Counted from the stretch's first letter, positions 48,829 through 60,328 are shown. The stretch: DNA of 64,000 nt from Candidatus Minthosoma equi (GCA_018064885.1 JAGHUI010000049.1:7694-71693); one strand, 5' to 3'. Notes: generated by a model from the letters alone, not told the origin. Program-made: numbers and translations.

Positions 48829-49254
48829 TTATGTGTTTGGATGTTTCTTTTTGTATTGAAGAAATTCTTCGTAATCGTAGATATAATCGTCAAGATCGAA
48901 CAATTCGCTTGCGAGAACCATACATACCGCACCGCTTGAGAATTCGTCAAGTGTTCGCCACATGCCAGGTTTGATGAGAAGTCCCTGCCATGGATATTTA
49001 AGCATGATGGTTTCTCTGTTTGTTCCATCGTCGAGGGTGACTGTGAAACTGCCGCTGGTGGCAACAACAAGCTGGTATAGAGCTTTGTGGGCATGACCGC
49101 CACGGCTTTCTCCACCAGGAACATCGTATGTCCAATACACTCTCTTAATGTCGAATGGTATATTCTTCTGCTGTTCTGCCACAGTTAGATTTCCACGAGG
49201 ATCTGTGATCTTTGGCAGTTCAATTATCTCGTAGTCAATCTTTTTCATTCTCAA
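48829..49254 (-). CDS. WxcM/FdtA-like cupin (sugar 3,4-ketoisomerase family)
   Basis: 141 aa. The sequence ITDPRGNLTVAE..IKRVYWTYDVPGGESRGGHAHK is typical of the FdtA/WxcM-like domain. Confidence 0.75.
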   Translation of the reverse strand: MRMKKIDYEIIELPKITDPRGNLTVAEQQKNIPFDIKRVYWTYDVPGGESRGGHAHKALYQLVVATSGSFTVTLDDGTNRETIMLKYPWQGLLIKPGMWRTLDEFSSGAVCMVLASELFDLDDYIYDYEEFLQYKKKHPNT

Positions 49255-50086
49255 TTCTGTTTTTGCATTGTTCCATAAGCCACTTTGGTGTGCTTGTTGC
49301 TCCGCAGATGCCTATGCTCTTTACTCCCTCAAACCATTTAAAGTCTATTTCAGAAGGATCGTCAATCATGTATGTGTTCTGGTTTACCGTAAGACATTGA
49401 TTGTAGAGAACCTTGCCATTTGAACTTTTCTTTCCACAGACAAAGAGGATAACATCATGTTTGGCTGCAAAGCTTTTGATGTTTGGAATACGGCTTGCAA
49501 CTTGGCGGCAGATTGTGTCGAAGTAGTGGAATTGCGCTCCATCTTTCATATTCTGCTCAATGTAGCTGACTATCTCGCGGAATCCTTCAAGTGATTTTGT
49601 TGTTTGTGAGAATAGCTGAATGTCTTTTGAAAAATCAAGGTGCTTAGCATCCTCAAGATTCTCAATGACAATGGCATTGCCTTCTGTTTGTCCAACAAGA
49701 CCAACAACCTCTGCATGACCGTTTTTGCCGTATATCACAATTTGTCCGCCTTCCTCGTATGCTTTCTTGATTCGTTTTTGCAGATTGAGCACAACGGGGC
49801 AAGTGGCATCGATGAGCGTTATGTTGCGTTCTTTAGCTTTGCGGTATGTGATTGGAGGTTCGCCATGGGCGCGTAACAGCATTTTTGTGTCATGGAGAGT
49901 GTCGATGTCTTCATGTCCTACGGTACGAAGTCCCATCTTCTGAAGTCTGTCCACCTCTCTGCCATTATGCACGATGTCGCCAAGACAATAGAGGGACTCG
50001 CTTTGGGCAAGTTCCTCTTCTGCTTTGTTGATGGCTGTTGTTACGCCAAAGCAGAAACCCGATCCTGTGTCAATTTCAATAACCAT
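49235..50086 (-). CDS. ispH: 4-hydroxy-3-methylbut-2-enyl diphosphate reductase
   Basis: 283 aa. It has GFCFGV, HNGREV and ATCPVV Fe-S Cys motifs. Confidence 0.93.
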   Translation of the reverse strand: MVIEIDTGSGFCFGVTTAINKAEEELAQSESLYCLGDIVHNGREVDRLQKMGLRTVGHEDIDTLHDTKMLLRAHGEPPITYRKAKERNITLIDATCPVVLNLQKRIKKAYEEGGQIVIYGKNGHAEVVGLVGQTEGNAIVIENLEDAKHLDFSKDIQLFSQTTKSLEGFREIVSYIEQNMKDGAQFHYFDTICRQVASRIPNIKSFAAKHDVILFVCGKKSSNGKVLYNQCLTVNQNTYMIDDPSEIDFKWFEGVKSIGICGATSTPKWLMEQCKNRIENEKD

Positions 50087-50760
50087 GCGTTTTGTTCTGG
50101 TATAGTCATTTCTGAGTTGTCAAGCACTACAGCATCATCAGCTTTGTGGAGTGGAGCAACATCACGATGAGAATCAATGTAGTCACGCTCTTCCACATTC
50201 TTCTGAATTTCATCAAGATTGAGAGCGTCTTTTTCTTCTTGAGTCTCAGCCTTTGCCATAAGCTCATCGTAGCGCCTCTGAGCACGAACACGTGAACTTG
50301 CTGTAACGAATATCTTCAGTTCAGCCTGTGGGAATACGGCGGTACCAATATCTCTTCCATCCATTACGATACCTTTTTCTTTGCCCATAGCCTGCTGCTG
50401 TTCTGTAAGTAAAGCACGTACGAAAGGAAGTGCTGCAATTGGACTTACATGACTGCTGACAGCCATTTCGCGAATCTCTTTTTCTACCTTCTCATTATTA
50501 AGATATGTGTCAGGACGACCAGTTTCTGGATTGAACTTGAAAGATATCTGTATCTTTCCAGCATCAACATCAGCTTTCAGTTCTGCTTCCTTGATGCCTT
50601 CATCTGGGAACATTCCGTTACGCATAGCATAGAGTGTTACTGCTCGGTACATGGCACCGGTGTCAACATAAACATATCCCAGCTCTTTTGCCAACTGCTT
50701 TGCCATTGTACTTTTGCCGCAGCTGGAATGACCATCTATTGCGATTATGATTTTCTTCAT
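50041..50760 (-). CDS. cmk: (d)CMP kinase
   Basis: The ATG at 50760 gives [21 protein letters not shown] (P-loop). The tracked start at 50808 is probably too far upstream. It overlaps ispH by 46 nt. Confidence 0.9.
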   Translation of the reverse strand: MKKIIIAIDGHSSCGKSTMAKQLAKELGYVYVDTGAMYRAVTLYAMRNGMFPDEGIKEAELKADVDAGKIQISFKFNPETGRPDTYLNNEKVEKEIREMAVSSHVSPIAALPFVRALLTEQQQAMGKEKGIVMDGRDIGTAVFPQAELKIFVTASSRVRAQRRYDELMAKAETQEEKDALNLDEIQKNVEERDYIDSHRDVAPLHKADDAVVLDNSEMTIPEQNAWLLKLTQDRVSALA

Positions 50761-50811
50761 ATCAATATGATATTTATTTCTTTTAATATCTAAGTTTTCA
50801 TATCTCACCCA

Positions 50812-51768
50812 TCAAAGACTATATGCTGCATTCAGTACGAGTGATGAACTGGAAACGTGGTATTTACCCCATGCAACTCCAACCTTAAACTTCTTAACAC
50901 TTAGTCCTGCACCAAGGCTAAGACCTGCCCAATGCCCTTTGTCGTTAACTTTCATTTCGTTTGCCCTCTTGAAATTGTATCCAAATGCAATCCATGTCTG
51001 ATTGCTGGGCATTATATCAAAACCAAAGATGAGATGGTTTATAAGTTTCTTGTCATCCCAATGCGTCATGTCGTCAGCAGTAAGAGAAATGCGGAGAGGG
51101 GCATTGGCAAAGTCTTTGCTGAATCCGAAAGCAAGGTCGAAAGGAAGTTTCTCCATTGAGCCATCCTCGTAGAGGGAGCTGATCTGTCCTCCGAGATTCC
51201 TTCCTACGGCTGATATTGACAATCCTCGTTCGTCATCGAAATAGTTGAGGGCCAAATCTGCTCCGAGGGCAGTGCTTTTGTACTGTCCATAGTTGCTCAT
51301 GATGGCTTTAGCTGTAATAGCACCGCTCCAGCTATCGTTAAGCATGTATGAATAAGAAGTCTGGATGTTGATGTCTTTTGGTGTGAAATTGCCAAGGATG
51401 TTTCCTTGCTCGTCTGTTTCGTCCATCTTGCCATAGTTGAGCATTTGTGCGCCAATAGCCCAAGTGCCTCTTTCTCCTATGGCTTTTGCGAATCCTGCTG
51501 TAAAGATATTTGCTGAACTGAAATACGAATTGTAGCCAAACAAAAGGCTTTTGTCAGATACATTTGTCATCAATGCAGCATTTGTGAACATCATACTTGC
51601 GTCATCCTCTACAATACTAATGTTGCTGCCGCCTAAGGCTGCGCTATGAGCACTTACAGGAATGTCCAAGAATTGATATCCGATCTTGCCTTCCTGAGCT
51701 TTGGCTGATTCAGGAATGAGTATGGCTAAGATGGCAAATATTGATAATATGAATGGCTTAATTCGCAT
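50812..51768 (-). CDS. porQ: outer-membrane beta-barrel protein, probable T9SS component PorQ
   Basis: The ATG at 51768 gives a signal peptide ending in AKAQ. It carries FLDIPVSAHSAALGGSNIS and ends in ..NAAYSL. As I recall, the porQ-cmk-ispH order is found in Porphyromonas gingivalis. Confidence 0.55.
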   Translation of the reverse strand: MRIKPFILSIFAILAILIPESAKAQEGKIGYQFLDIPVSAHSAALGGSNISIVEDDASMMFTNAALMTNVSDKSLLFGYNSYFSSANIFTAGFAKAIGERGTWAIGAQMLNYGKMDETDEQGNILGNFTPKDINIQTSYSYMLNDSWSGAITAKAIMSNYGQYKSTALGADLALNYFDDERGLSISAVGRNLGGQISSLYEDGSMEKLPFDLAFGFSKDFANAPLRISLTADDMTHWDDKKLINHLIFGFDIMPSNQTWIAFGYNFKRANEMKVNDKGHWAGLSLGAGLSVKKFKVGVAWGKYHVSSSSLVLNAAYSL

Positions 51769-52867
51769 TTGATATGTCTGAGAAGTATGAATCCAATAGT
51801 TTCTTTGCTGCAACAAATGAGGTTATCTTACCTCCTAGAACATCCTGTTCCATGTCAGCTATGCTTGACTTGATGAGTTTGTTGTAATAGAAACTGTTCT
51901 TCAAGTGTTCGTTTATGCTTTCGTACATCCAGTATTTAGATTGCTCGTTTCTTCTATATTGGAAGTATCCGCTTTCCTTTACCTTGTTGATGTAACGGAA
52001 AATCATTTCAAGAACTTCATCAATGTTCAGTTCGTAGAAACCAGAATAGCACATTACTTCAGGAAGTACACCACTATCTGGCATAGGGAAAAGATGCAGA
52101 GCGTTGCGGAAATGTGTGGCTGCCAATTGTGCTTTGTCAACGTTGTTGCCATCAGCCTTGTTGATTACGATGCCATCGGCAATTTCCATGATGCCTCGCT
52201 TGATGCCTTGAAGTTCATCGCCTGTGCCTGCAAGCTGAATGAGAAGGAAGTAGTCAACCATTGAGTGGCAAGCAGTTTCGCTCTGACCAACTCCAACAGT
52301 CTCTACGAATATGTTGTCATAGCCAGCAGCTTCGCAAAGGATGATTGTCTCACGAGTCTTTCTTGCCACACCTCCAAGGCTTCCTGCTGTCGGACTTGGA
52401 CGAATGAATGACTTTGGATGAACTGCAAGTTTCTCCATGCGAGTCTTATCTCCGAGAATACTTCCTTTTGTCTTTTCTGATGATGGGTCAATGGCAAGAA
52501 CAGCGAGCTTACCACCGTAATTGTTAAGAAGGTGTACACCAAATGCGTCAATACTGGTGGATTTACCAGCACCAGGCACACCGCTTATGCCTATTCTTAC
52601 AGAATTGCCAGAGTAGGGGAGACACTTCTCGATCACTTCCTGAGCAATAACTTGGTGCTCTGGGAGTACGCTCTCAATCAATGTGACAGCCTGACTGAGC
52701 ATGCTGACGTCTCCCTTGAGAATTCCATCAACATATTCTGCAGGTGTGAATAACTTTTGTCTTTTCTTCCTCATCCTGTTGAGATAAGGATTCACAATAG
52801 ATGGTTGTGCCACGCCTGCGTTTACCTGCAAGCCTGCATATTCTGAACTATTCTCTGGATGCTCCAT
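51758..52867 (-). CDS. meaB: methylmalonyl-CoA mutase-associated GTPase MeaB (ArgK family)
   Basis: It has a P-loop (GVPGAGKST), DNIFVETVGVGQSE and NKAD. Confidence 0.88.
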   Translation of the reverse strand: MEHPENSSEYAGLQVNAGVAQPSIVNPYLNRMRKKRQKLFTPAEYVDGILKGDVSMLSQAVTLIESVLPEHQVIAQEVIEKCLPYSGNSVRIGISGVPGAGKSTSIDAFGVHLLNNYGGKLAVLAIDPSSEKTKGSILGDKTRMEKLAVHPKSFIRPSPTAGSLGGVARKTRETIILCEAAGYDNIFVETVGVGQSETACHSMVDYFLLIQLAGTGDELQGIKRGIMEIADGIVINKADGNNVDKAQLAATHFRNALHLFPMPDSGVLPEVMCYSGFYELNIDEVLEMIFRYINKVKESGYFQYRRNEQSKYWMYESINEHLKNSFYYNKLIKSSIADMEQDVLGGKITSFVAAKKLLDSYFSDISNAN

Positions 52868-52938
52868 AATATTTCCTCTACATTTATTTTCTTATCCTCA
52901 GCTTCGAGTTCTTCTCTTCTGCTTTATAAAAAACATTA

Positions 52939-54000
52939 TTATTCAAAATGCACATTAACTACTTCCTTTGGATGCTTAGGATCATTCGTGATGATAAGCA
53001 CACGTGGCGATGCCTTTGAGAGACCTAGGAATCGTGCATCTACGGTAATTTTCATAATTGATGTTTCACCTGGCTGCAATTCTGTTTTTGGAAGTGCAAC
53101 AGTTATAGCTTGATTGAAAGCTTGGATTTTATTAAGCTTAAGCACACCAGTGCCTTTATTGCTTATCTTCACTTGGCCAACGATCTTTTTCTTCTTGCCC
53201 AGCTTTCCCATATCCAAGTCTGTTGTAGATATGCTGAATCCTGGCTGCTTTGAGAATGTCTCTGCATAGTGAAGGTCTGGAAGCAAAACGGCAGAAACTG
53301 CAATTTCGTTGTTGCTGCCTACTTTGTCTCCAGAATAGCGGGCAAGATAAATGCTTGTCTGGTTAAGACCGAGGTCTGTGAGTTTATCGCTGTGAAGTGT
53401 AAGTTCTATTTTTCCTCGTCTGCCACGTGCAATCATCTCAGGATTGTATGTTGCTGTGATGTATGAAGGCAAGTGCATGAGGTTTGGAGTGAACACCTCT
53501 TGGCTGTTGTTGTATATTTCAATTTCAGCTTTTGCTGAGTCACCAGAATTTACCTCAAGGAATTCAACATTGTTTGTACTTAAAAGAATGTCGTCAATGC
53601 TATAAGGATAAAGATCCTCAATTGTCTTCTTCTCTCCATTGCCAACACGTCCTTTCATGCGGATTCTTATTGGTTTTGGATCTGCGTTTGTATAGACATC
53701 GATAATCTTGTCAAATGATCCGAGAATCTGAGCATCATAAGTGATTTTGATTTCACCGTCATCACCTTTCTGCAAAGCTGTAGTTGTCCACTTTGGTGTA
53801 AGGCAACCGCAGCCCGGATCCACCTCACGAACGAATAGCGGAGCTTTGTCTTTGTTTGAAAACTTAAATGTAGCCGTTACAGGCTTTTTCCATATAGTGC
53901 TGCCCACATTCACTGTTGTTTTCTCAAAGTGAATCTTCTGAGCATTAATCCCAAGCGACATCAATGCTGCCGCAGCAAAACATATTATATATTTCTTCAT
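52939..54000 (-). CDS. DUF1573 domain protein
   Basis: The ATG at 54000 gives the signal peptide MKKYIICFAAAALMSLGINAQ. The DPGCGCLTP motif is characteristic of DUF1573. Confidence 0.7.
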   Translation of the reverse strand: MKKYIICFAAAALMSLGINAQKIHFEKTTVNVGSTIWKKPVTATFKFSNKDKAPLFVREVDPGCGCLTPKWTTTALQKGDDGEIKITYDAQILGSFDKIIDVYTNADPKPIRIRMKGRVGNGEKKTIEDLYPYSIDDILLSTNNVEFLEVNSGDSAKAEIEIYNNSQEVFTPNLMHLPSYITATYNPEMIARGRRGKIELTLHSDKLTDLGLNQTSIYLARYSGDKVGSNNEIAVSAVLLPDLHYAETFSKQPGFSISTTDLDMGKLGKKKKIVGQVKISNKGTGVLKLNKIQAFNQAITVALPKTELQPGETSIMKITVDARFLGLSKASPRVLIITNDPKHPKEVVNVHFE

Positions 54001-54164
54001 ATTCATCTGCATATTGTGCAAAAATACGATAAATAACTGACAAATCAACATGAAAAGGTTGAAAATCATACAAAGATTAACATATAACAAGGGTTTTAGG
54101 TAAAATGATGTCCCCGAATTACATATGAAAAATACATTTGATTATTACAAATAAAATATATGCA

Positions 54165-54207
54165 TGTAAAAAATAAACTCCGAAAGTCAGTTAATTGACT
54201 TTCGGAG
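54165..54207 (-). terminator. rho-independent terminator after the DUF349 gene
   Basis: ctccgaaagtca (54178-54189) pairs with tgactttcggag (54196-54207). The A-rich tract to the left on the plus strand gives a U-run on the minus-strand transcript. Confidence 0.8.
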
Positions 54208-54255
54208 CTCTTAATTTCCGTATTTTGAATTATGTTGTATTTCAAAATGTTTGTC

Positions 54256-56034
54256 TCACTTGCTTTCTTCTTCGAGAGCGGCAATCTTTGCCTTTACCTC
54301 ATCCATATCAGCCTTGAGCTTGTCCATCTTGCGGTTGAGTTCTTCAACGAGGGCATTGCCAGATTTAGATTTGCCTGTGTTGAGGAAGCCAAGATTGTTT
54401 TCGTAAGTCTTGATCTCGTTCTTGAGAATGTCAAGCTGACGAGTGAGACGAGACTTCAAATCACCGCTATTAGCACCATTCTTTCCGCTCTTGATACTTT
54501 CCTTGAAACGGTTGATGCGCTGCTTAGTCGCATTCTCATTGAGGTAGCCATAAAGACGATCCATCTGCTCGCGAAGCCCCTTGTAAAGTTTGTCTTTTTC
54601 CTTGAATGGAACATGACCGATTTCATTCCATTCTGCCTGAGCAGCACGAAGCTTAGCACGGAGGTCGCCTTCAAAGTTTTCTGGAACGATAGCAGCAAGA
54701 GTTTCGATGATGTTCTTCTTCTTCTCCATGTTTTCTGCTTGCTCTGAGTGAGCGCCAGCATTTGCTTCTTTCTTAGCAGCAAAGAAAGCATCGCATGCTG
54801 CATTGAAACGCTCCCAGATTTGGTCGCTGTACTTCTTTGGCACTGTGCCTATTTCCTTCCATTTCTTCTGGAGTTCAACGAGAGCATCTGTTGTAGCCTT
54901 CCACTCTGTACTGTCTTTCAATGCCTCAGCCTTTTCGACGAGTTCTAGCTTAAGAGCATAGTTCTGGTTGAGGTTGTCACGAACAGACTGGAAGTATTCG
55001 CTCTTACGAGTAAAGAAGTTGTCGCAAGCCTGACGGAAACGCTCGAAGATCTTTGTGTTCATCTTCTGTGGAGCAAAACCGATAGTCTTCCATTCTGCCT
55101 GAAGAGCAGTAACCTTATCGGAAAGTGTGTTCCATTCTGCAAATGTCTTCAGTTCGTCAAGGTTGAAGCCTTCAATTTCCTCGCAGATAGTAGTCTTCTT
55201 TGCAAGGTTTTCCTCTTCCTGAGCCTTGCGAGTTTCAAAGAACTCCTGATGACGCTTGTTGATAACTGTAGAAGCCTCCTTGAAACGGTTCCAGATGTCT
55301 TCACGAAGATCATTGGCAACAGGACCTATCTCACGGAACTCTTGGTGGAGCTGCTGCAATTTTCGGAAAGCAGAAATGATATCTGTCTCCTCTGCAAGTT
55401 TCTCTGCTGCTTCGATGAGAGCAGTCTTAAGACCGAGATTCTTCTTGAAATCGTAAGCACGGAGTTCGTTGTTAAGTTTCAAAGTGTCGTAGAATGCTTC
55501 TACCGCTACCTGATAAGTCTTCCAAAGCTCTGTTGCTTTCTCTGCAGGAACATCCTTTATTTCGTTCCACTGCTGCTGAAGTTCCTTGAAATCATTGTAA
55601 GCACGATTGATTTCATCTGGATTCTCAGTGAGAGTCTTTATCTTTTCTATGATTTCTAATTTCTTCTGGTAGTTGGCTTCGCGTTCCTTTTCCTGCTCAG
55701 CAGCAAGAGCTGCTCGCTTCTCGCGAATGATTGCCATTTGTGCCTTGAACTCAGCCTCTTCGAGGTTTGGTGCAGGGAGATAATCCTCAGCATTGCCACC
55801 CTCTTCGATGAACTTCTTGTATGCGACATCAGCTTCCTGGTGGTGGATGCGGTAGAAGTTGCTCTTGAGAGCATCGAGTTCTTGACGTGTTACTTCCTCG
55901 TCGGTTTCTGCAAGCTCTTTCAAGCGATCAACGACCTGAGCTTTTGTTTCATACACGGCGTTGGGAGTTGTTGAGTTTTCTGCCTGAGGTTCTTCAATCT
56001 GAATGTCCTCAGTGGGGTTCTGATTTTCGTTCAT
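54256..56034 (-). CDS. DUF349 repeat protein
   Basis: 592 aa and highly helical. The module ..W(K/N)EIG.VP....(D/E).(L/I)W.RF... recurs about five times, as in DUF349. Confidence 0.75.
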   Translation of the reverse strand: MNENQNPTEDIQIEEPQAENSTTPNAVYETKAQVVDRLKELAETDEEVTRQELDALKSNFYRIHHQEADVAYKKFIEEGGNAEDYLPAPNLEEAEFKAQMAIIREKRAALAAEQEKEREANYQKKLEIIEKIKTLTENPDEINRAYNDFKELQQQWNEIKDVPAEKATELWKTYQVAVEAFYDTLKLNNELRAYDFKKNLGLKTALIEAAEKLAEETDIISAFRKLQQLHQEFREIGPVANDLREDIWNRFKEASTVINKRHQEFFETRKAQEEENLAKKTTICEEIEGFNLDELKTFAEWNTLSDKVTALQAEWKTIGFAPQKMNTKIFERFRQACDNFFTRKSEYFQSVRDNLNQNYALKLELVEKAEALKDSTEWKATTDALVELQKKWKEIGTVPKKYSDQIWERFNAACDAFFAAKKEANAGAHSEQAENMEKKKNIIETLAAIVPENFEGDLRAKLRAAQAEWNEIGHVPFKEKDKLYKGLREQMDRLYGYLNENATKQRINRFKESIKSGKNGANSGDLKSRLTRQLDILKNEIKTYENNLGFLNTGKSKSGNALVEELNRKMDKLKADMDEVKAKIAALEEESK

Positions 56035-56041
56035 AAGTTAG

Positions 56042-56905
56042 TTAATGTATTATATTAAGCATTATTGTATATACATAGATTACGGCAGCAGGAATAGCAA
56101 GCAGAGAACTGTCGAAACGGTCGAGCATACCGCCATGACCAGGCAAGATGTTGCCAGAATCCTTAATGCCGAGTTTGCGCTTGAGTAGTGATTCCACAAG
56201 GTCGCCCCATGTGCCGAAGATAACTACGGTGACAGCGAGCCCTGCCCAAAGAATGTGACTGAGAGCAGGTGTTACTGTTTCTGCAAAAGGAATGAATGTG
56301 GCGATGACTTGTGAAGCGGCAATGGCGGTCAATCCTCCGCCTACGCTTCCCTCCCATGACTTCTTTGGGGAAATACGAGGAAAAAGACGGTGCTTGCCAA
56401 GCCATGAGCCGAAGAGATAAGCACCCGTGTCGCTTGCCCAGAGGAAGATGAATACCGACAAGCCATACCAGAAATAATAGCTAACTCCTGCTGGGGTGCT
56501 GATGAAACACAATGTGTTGAACGATGCCAAAGGCAACGCAATGTAGAGCTGGGCCATTAGTGAGAGAGCCCAGTTGAGAATGCTGTTTTTGCGATCGAAA
56601 TATAATTCCGATACAAGCAGATAGATGATGGAAATGAGGTATGGAATGAAAACCTCTGATCCCATAATGTTTGTGTTGAAAGTCCATACAGCAACGAAGA
56701 GATAAGCAGCAGCAACCGATGTGATGAAGCGGTTGACTTGCAAATCTATGTTGCGATTGACAATTGTAGTAAATTCCCACACGGTCATAGCAGTAATGAT
56801 CGTGAAGAGAATCAGTAGAGAGTAGGGATTCCATATGATGCCTCCAACAAGTAAAGCAACAAAAAGGGCTCCTGTGATAGTACGAAGAACAAAATTATTT
56901 TTCAT
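56042..56905 (-). CDS. cdsA: phosphatidate cytidylyltransferase
   Basis: Polytopic, with the C-terminal signature SLLKRKLGIKDSGNILPGHGGMLDRFDS. Confidence 0.92.
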   Translation of the reverse strand: MKNNFVLRTITGALFVALLVGGIIWNPYSLLILFTIITAMTVWEFTTIVNRNIDLQVNRFITSVAAAYLFVAVWTFNTNIMGSEVFIPYLISIIYLLVSELYFDRKNSILNWALSLMAQLYIALPLASFNTLCFISTPAGVSYYFWYGLSVFIFLWASDTGAYLFGSWLGKHRLFPRISPKKSWEGSVGGGLTAIAASQVIATFIPFAETVTPALSHILWAGLAVTVVIFGTWGDLVESLLKRKLGIKDSGNILPGHGGMLDRFDSSLLAIPAAVIYVYTIMLNIIH

Positions 56906-58985
56906 TGTTAGTTTCAGATTGTTCGTTGCTGGATTCCGCTTCCTTCTTAGCCTTTTCTGCTTTTTCGACTACAGCCTGAACGATTTTCTGGCGTATAATC
57001 TCCTCATTCTCTTTCTTGTGGTCAGATGCAGAAGTGTTTTCGTCAGCATTTTCACCGTTTTCTGTTTCTGAGTTTGCTGCAAGAAGCTCATCTGTGCGAG
57101 AAACCCAAGGACGAGGACCGAAGATGTTTTCAAGGTCTTCTGCAAAGATCACCTCTTTATCTATGAGAATTTGAGCAAGTTGAGCATGACCTTCCTTATG
57201 TTCTGCGAGAACTTTCTTTGCGCGTTCATACTGAGAAGCAATGAGGTTGCGCACTTCTTCGTCTATGGCTTCTGCTGTACGCTCGCTATATGGCTTAGTG
57301 AAGCTATATTCGTTGTTGCTGTAATAGCATACATTAGGGAGTTTCTCACCCATACCATAGTATGCTATCATAGCGTGAGACATCTGTGTAGAGCGTTCAA
57401 GATCATTAGCTGCACCGCTGGAAATGTGACCGATGCACAATTCTTCAGCAGCACGTCCGCCAAGCAGAGAACAGAGTTCATCGCAAAGCTGTTCCTTTGT
57501 GCTAATCTGTCGTTCTTCTGGCATATACCATGCAGCACCAAGTGCTTGGCCACGAGGAACGATAGTAACCTTGACAAGAGGGTTGGCATATTCCAGGAAC
57601 CATGATATTGTAGCATGACCAGCCTCGTGGAGTGCAATAGTCCTCTTTTCCTGAGCAGTGAGTAACTTTGTCTTCTTCTCCAAACCTCCAATGATGCGAT
57701 CAACGGCATCAAGGAAACAATCCTTGTCCACCCAGTCCTTGTTGTTTCTGGCAGCGATAAGAGCAGCCTCATTGCAGACGTTAGCAATGTCAGCACCAGA
57801 GAATCCTGGAGTCTGTCGAGCCAACTGGTCAACATCAACAGTTTCGTCAATTTTGAGAGGCTTCAGATGTACCATGAAAATCTCCTTGCGCTCATTCAGG
57901 TCTGGAAGCTCAACGTGAATCTGGCGGTCAAATCGTCCAGCACGGAGCAGTGCCTTGTCAAGAATATCAGCACGGTTTGTTGCAGCCATGATGATGATAC
58001 CACTATTAGTGCCGAAACCATCCATTTCAGTAAGCAACTGATTGAGAGTGCTTTCACGCTCGTCATTACCGCCCATGGAGGCAGACTTGCTTCGGGCACG
58101 GCCGATGGCATCAATCTCATCGATGAAGATGATGCATGGAGCTTTAGCCTTTGCTTGTTGGAAGAGGTCGCGAACTCGTGAGGCACCCACGCCGACAAAC
58201 ATTTCTACGAATTCAGAGCCAGACAAAGAGAAGAATGGCACCCCTGCTTCGCCAGCTACAGCCTTGGCAAGCAGAGTCTTACCTGTTCCTGGAGGACCTA
58301 CAAGTAGGGCGCCTTTAGGAATCTTACCTCCAAGGTTTGTATATTTGTCTGGTTTCTTGAGAAAGTCAACGATCTCTTGTACCTCCTGCTTTGCTCCAGC
58401 TTGTCCTGCAACATCCTTGAATGTTATGCTTGGGCTGCCTTTACCGTCATTTTCAAATAGTTGGGCTTTTGATTTTCCTACAGAGAAAATACCTCCGCCC
58501 ATAAAGCCTCCACCTCCGCCCATTCTGCGCATGATGAAGAAATATCCGGCAATGAGAAGAAGTATAGGACCAACGTTCCATAGGATGTTTGTCAGTAAGT
58601 CATTTTCCTTTTCAAAGTCAATCTTTCCCTTGAAATTTCCATTGTCAACCTGAGTGTCAATGTAGTTCTCCAAGTTTTCAATTGAGCCAAACTCAACCTT
58701 TATACGTCCAGGGGTTTTATTGTTGCTTGCTGCGCCAAATACCTCTTTGTTGTACTTCTTGTCAATGGACATAGAAAGAGTGAGACGATCCTTATTGATG
58801 AGAATGTCAGCAACATACCCCTTAGAGACAAGCTCCTTGAAAGTTGTATAGTCAACAGTTCTTGATGCGGAGGAATCGTGACGTGTGAATATCATGAATG
58901 CGAGTCCTCCGACGAGAAGGATGTAAAGCCAAGTGAAGTTAAACTTAGGCTTTCGCATTCTATTCTTATTGCTGTTATTTTCCAT
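56895..58985 (-). CDS. ftsH: ATP-dependent zinc metalloprotease FtsH
   Basis: It has a Walker A motif (GPPGTGKT), IIFIDEIDA, the SRH, and the zinc motif HEAGH. Confidence 0.96.
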   Translation of the reverse strand: MENNSNKNRMRKPKFNFTWLYILLVGGLAFMIFTRHDSSASRTVDYTTFKELVSKGYVADILINKDRLTLSMSIDKKYNKEVFGAASNNKTPGRIKVEFGSIENLENYIDTQVDNGNFKGKIDFEKENDLLTNILWNVGPILLLIAGYFFIMRRMGGGGGFMGGGIFSVGKSKAQLFENDGKGSPSITFKDVAGQAGAKQEVQEIVDFLKKPDKYTNLGGKIPKGALLVGPPGTGKTLLAKAVAGEAGVPFFSLSGSEFVEMFVGVGASRVRDLFQQAKAKAPCIIFIDEIDAIGRARSKSASMGGNDERESTLNQLLTEMDGFGTNSGIIIMAATNRADILDKALLRAGRFDRQIHVELPDLNERKEIFMVHLKPLKIDETVDVDQLARQTPGFSGADIANVCNEAALIAARNNKDWVDKDCFLDAVDRIIGGLEKKTKLLTAQEKRTIALHEAGHATISWFLEYANPLVKVTIVPRGQALGAAWYMPEERQISTKEQLCDELCSLLGGRAAEELCIGHISSGAANDLERSTQMSHAMIAYYGMGEKLPNVCYYSNNEYSFTKPYSERTAEAIDEEVRNLIASQYERAKKVLAEHKEGHAQLAQILIDKEVIFAEDLENIFGPRPWVSRTDELLAANSETENGENADENTSASDHKKENEEIIRQKIVQAVVEKAEKAKKEAESSNEQSETNNEK

Positions 58986-59345
58986 TTAATCTAAATCAGG
59001 TATTTCTTCGTAATCGGCATCTTCCCAAAGATTGTCGATGTCATAGAATTCGCGTGCATCTGGCACAAAAACGTGGCATACAACGTCAACATAATCCATA
59101 GCAACCCATATATTATTGCGAGTGCCATCAACTGCAGTAGGCTTCATGTGTGCTTGCTTGCGAGTAAATTCGCGAACAGAATCTGTGATAGCAGCAACCT
59201 GAGTAGGAGTGTTGCCCTCACAAATTACAAGAAATTTTGTTATAGTGTCGTCAATGCCCTCAAGGTTTACAACACGGATATTCTTTCCCTTCTTTTCCTG
59301 AATGCCTGCGATGCAAGCTTCAACTAACTGTTCTGTTTCTGTCAT
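58986..59345 (-). CDS. rsfS: ribosome silencing factor RsfS
   Basis: 119 aa. It carries ..WVAMDYVDVVCHVF...REFYDIDNLW and sits directly upstream of ftsH. Confidence 0.88.
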   Translation of the reverse strand: MTETEQLVEACIAGIQEKKGKNIRVVNLEGIDDTITKFLVICEGNTPTQVAAITDSVREFTRKQAHMKPTAVDGTRNNIWVAMDYVDVVCHVFVPDAREFYDIDNLWEDADYEEIPDLD

Positions 59346-59379
59346 TTATTATATATAATGTGTAATTAACTGATAACTC

Positions 59380-60225
59380 TTAGTTCTCTTCTGCTTCTCT
59401 CATCTTCTTAGCCTCAATCATCTGGAAATCCTTTGGACGGAGAACGAAGTTGCTGCCGAGATACTTCTCTTTGACGATATGGTTGTTTGCCAGTTCCTCT
59501 GGAGTTCCCTTGAACAGGATGCGTCCTTCAAAAAGCAAGTAAGCACGGTCTGTGATGCAAAGCGTTTCTTGAACATTATGGTCTGTAATAAGGATGCCGA
59601 TATTTCTGTCCTTCAGTTTCCATACAACATACTGGATATCTTCAACGGCAATAGGGTCAACTCCTGCAAATGGCTCATCGAGCATGATGAACTTAGGGTC
59701 GATGGCAAGGCATCGAGCAATCTCACAACGGCGTCGCTCACCACCAGAGAGCTGATTGCCTCGGTTCTTGCGCACCTTCTGAAGGTTGAACTCATCAAGC
59801 AGCTGTTCAAGATGTTCACGCTGCTCTTCCCTTGACTTGTATTTCATTTCCAATACAGTCATGATGTTATCCTCAACACTCATTGTGCGGAACACGCTTG
59901 CCTCCTGTGCCAGATAACCCACACCCTTCTTCGCTCTTGAAGATACAGGATCCTTTGTTATTTCAACATCATTGATGAACACCTGACCAGCATTTGGCAC
60001 CACCAATCCCGTAGTCATGTAGAAAGAAGTTGTCTTTCCTGCACCGTTAGGGCCAAGCAAACCGACAATTTCCCCCTGTCGCACGCTGATAGACACATTG
60101 TTTGCCACAGTGCGCTTTCCGTACGTCTTTACCAGGTTGCGAGTGTAGAGAGTATTCCTTTCTTCAGAGAACTCAGGAATGTCAGCATCGCCTGCGTTAG
60201 TGACAGATATTGGTTTTAATTCCAT
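59380..60225 (-). CDS. lptB: LPS export ABC transporter ATP-binding protein
   Basis: It has a Walker A motif (GPNGAGKTT), the signature LSGGERRR, a Walker B motif (IMLDEP) and the LptB-type C-terminus ..VKEKYLG. Confidence 0.88.
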   Translation of the reverse strand: MELKPISVTNAGDADIPEFSEERNTLYTRNLVKTYGKRTVANNVSISVRQGEIVGLLGPNGAGKTTSFYMTTGLVVPNAGQVFINDVEITKDPVSSRAKKGVGYLAQEASVFRTMSVEDNIMTVLEMKYKSREEQREHLEQLLDEFNLQKVRKNRGNQLSGGERRRCEIARCLAIDPKFIMLDEPFAGVDPIAVEDIQYVVWKLKDRNIGILITDHNVQETLCITDRAYLLFEGRILFKGTPEELANNHIVKEKYLGSNFVLRPKDFQMIEAKKMREAEEN

Positions 60226-60328
60226 ACATTAATTCAAAATTAGTTACAAAAGTACGAATTGTTTACTGATTAGTCACTTTAAGAATGAAAAAAGTATGTT
60301 AAAAGGTGCTCTTTTGAACGAAAATTGC

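Noticed and set aside
58042-58653. 203-aa plus-strand ORF
   Set aside because: It is antisense to the ftsH AAA domain.
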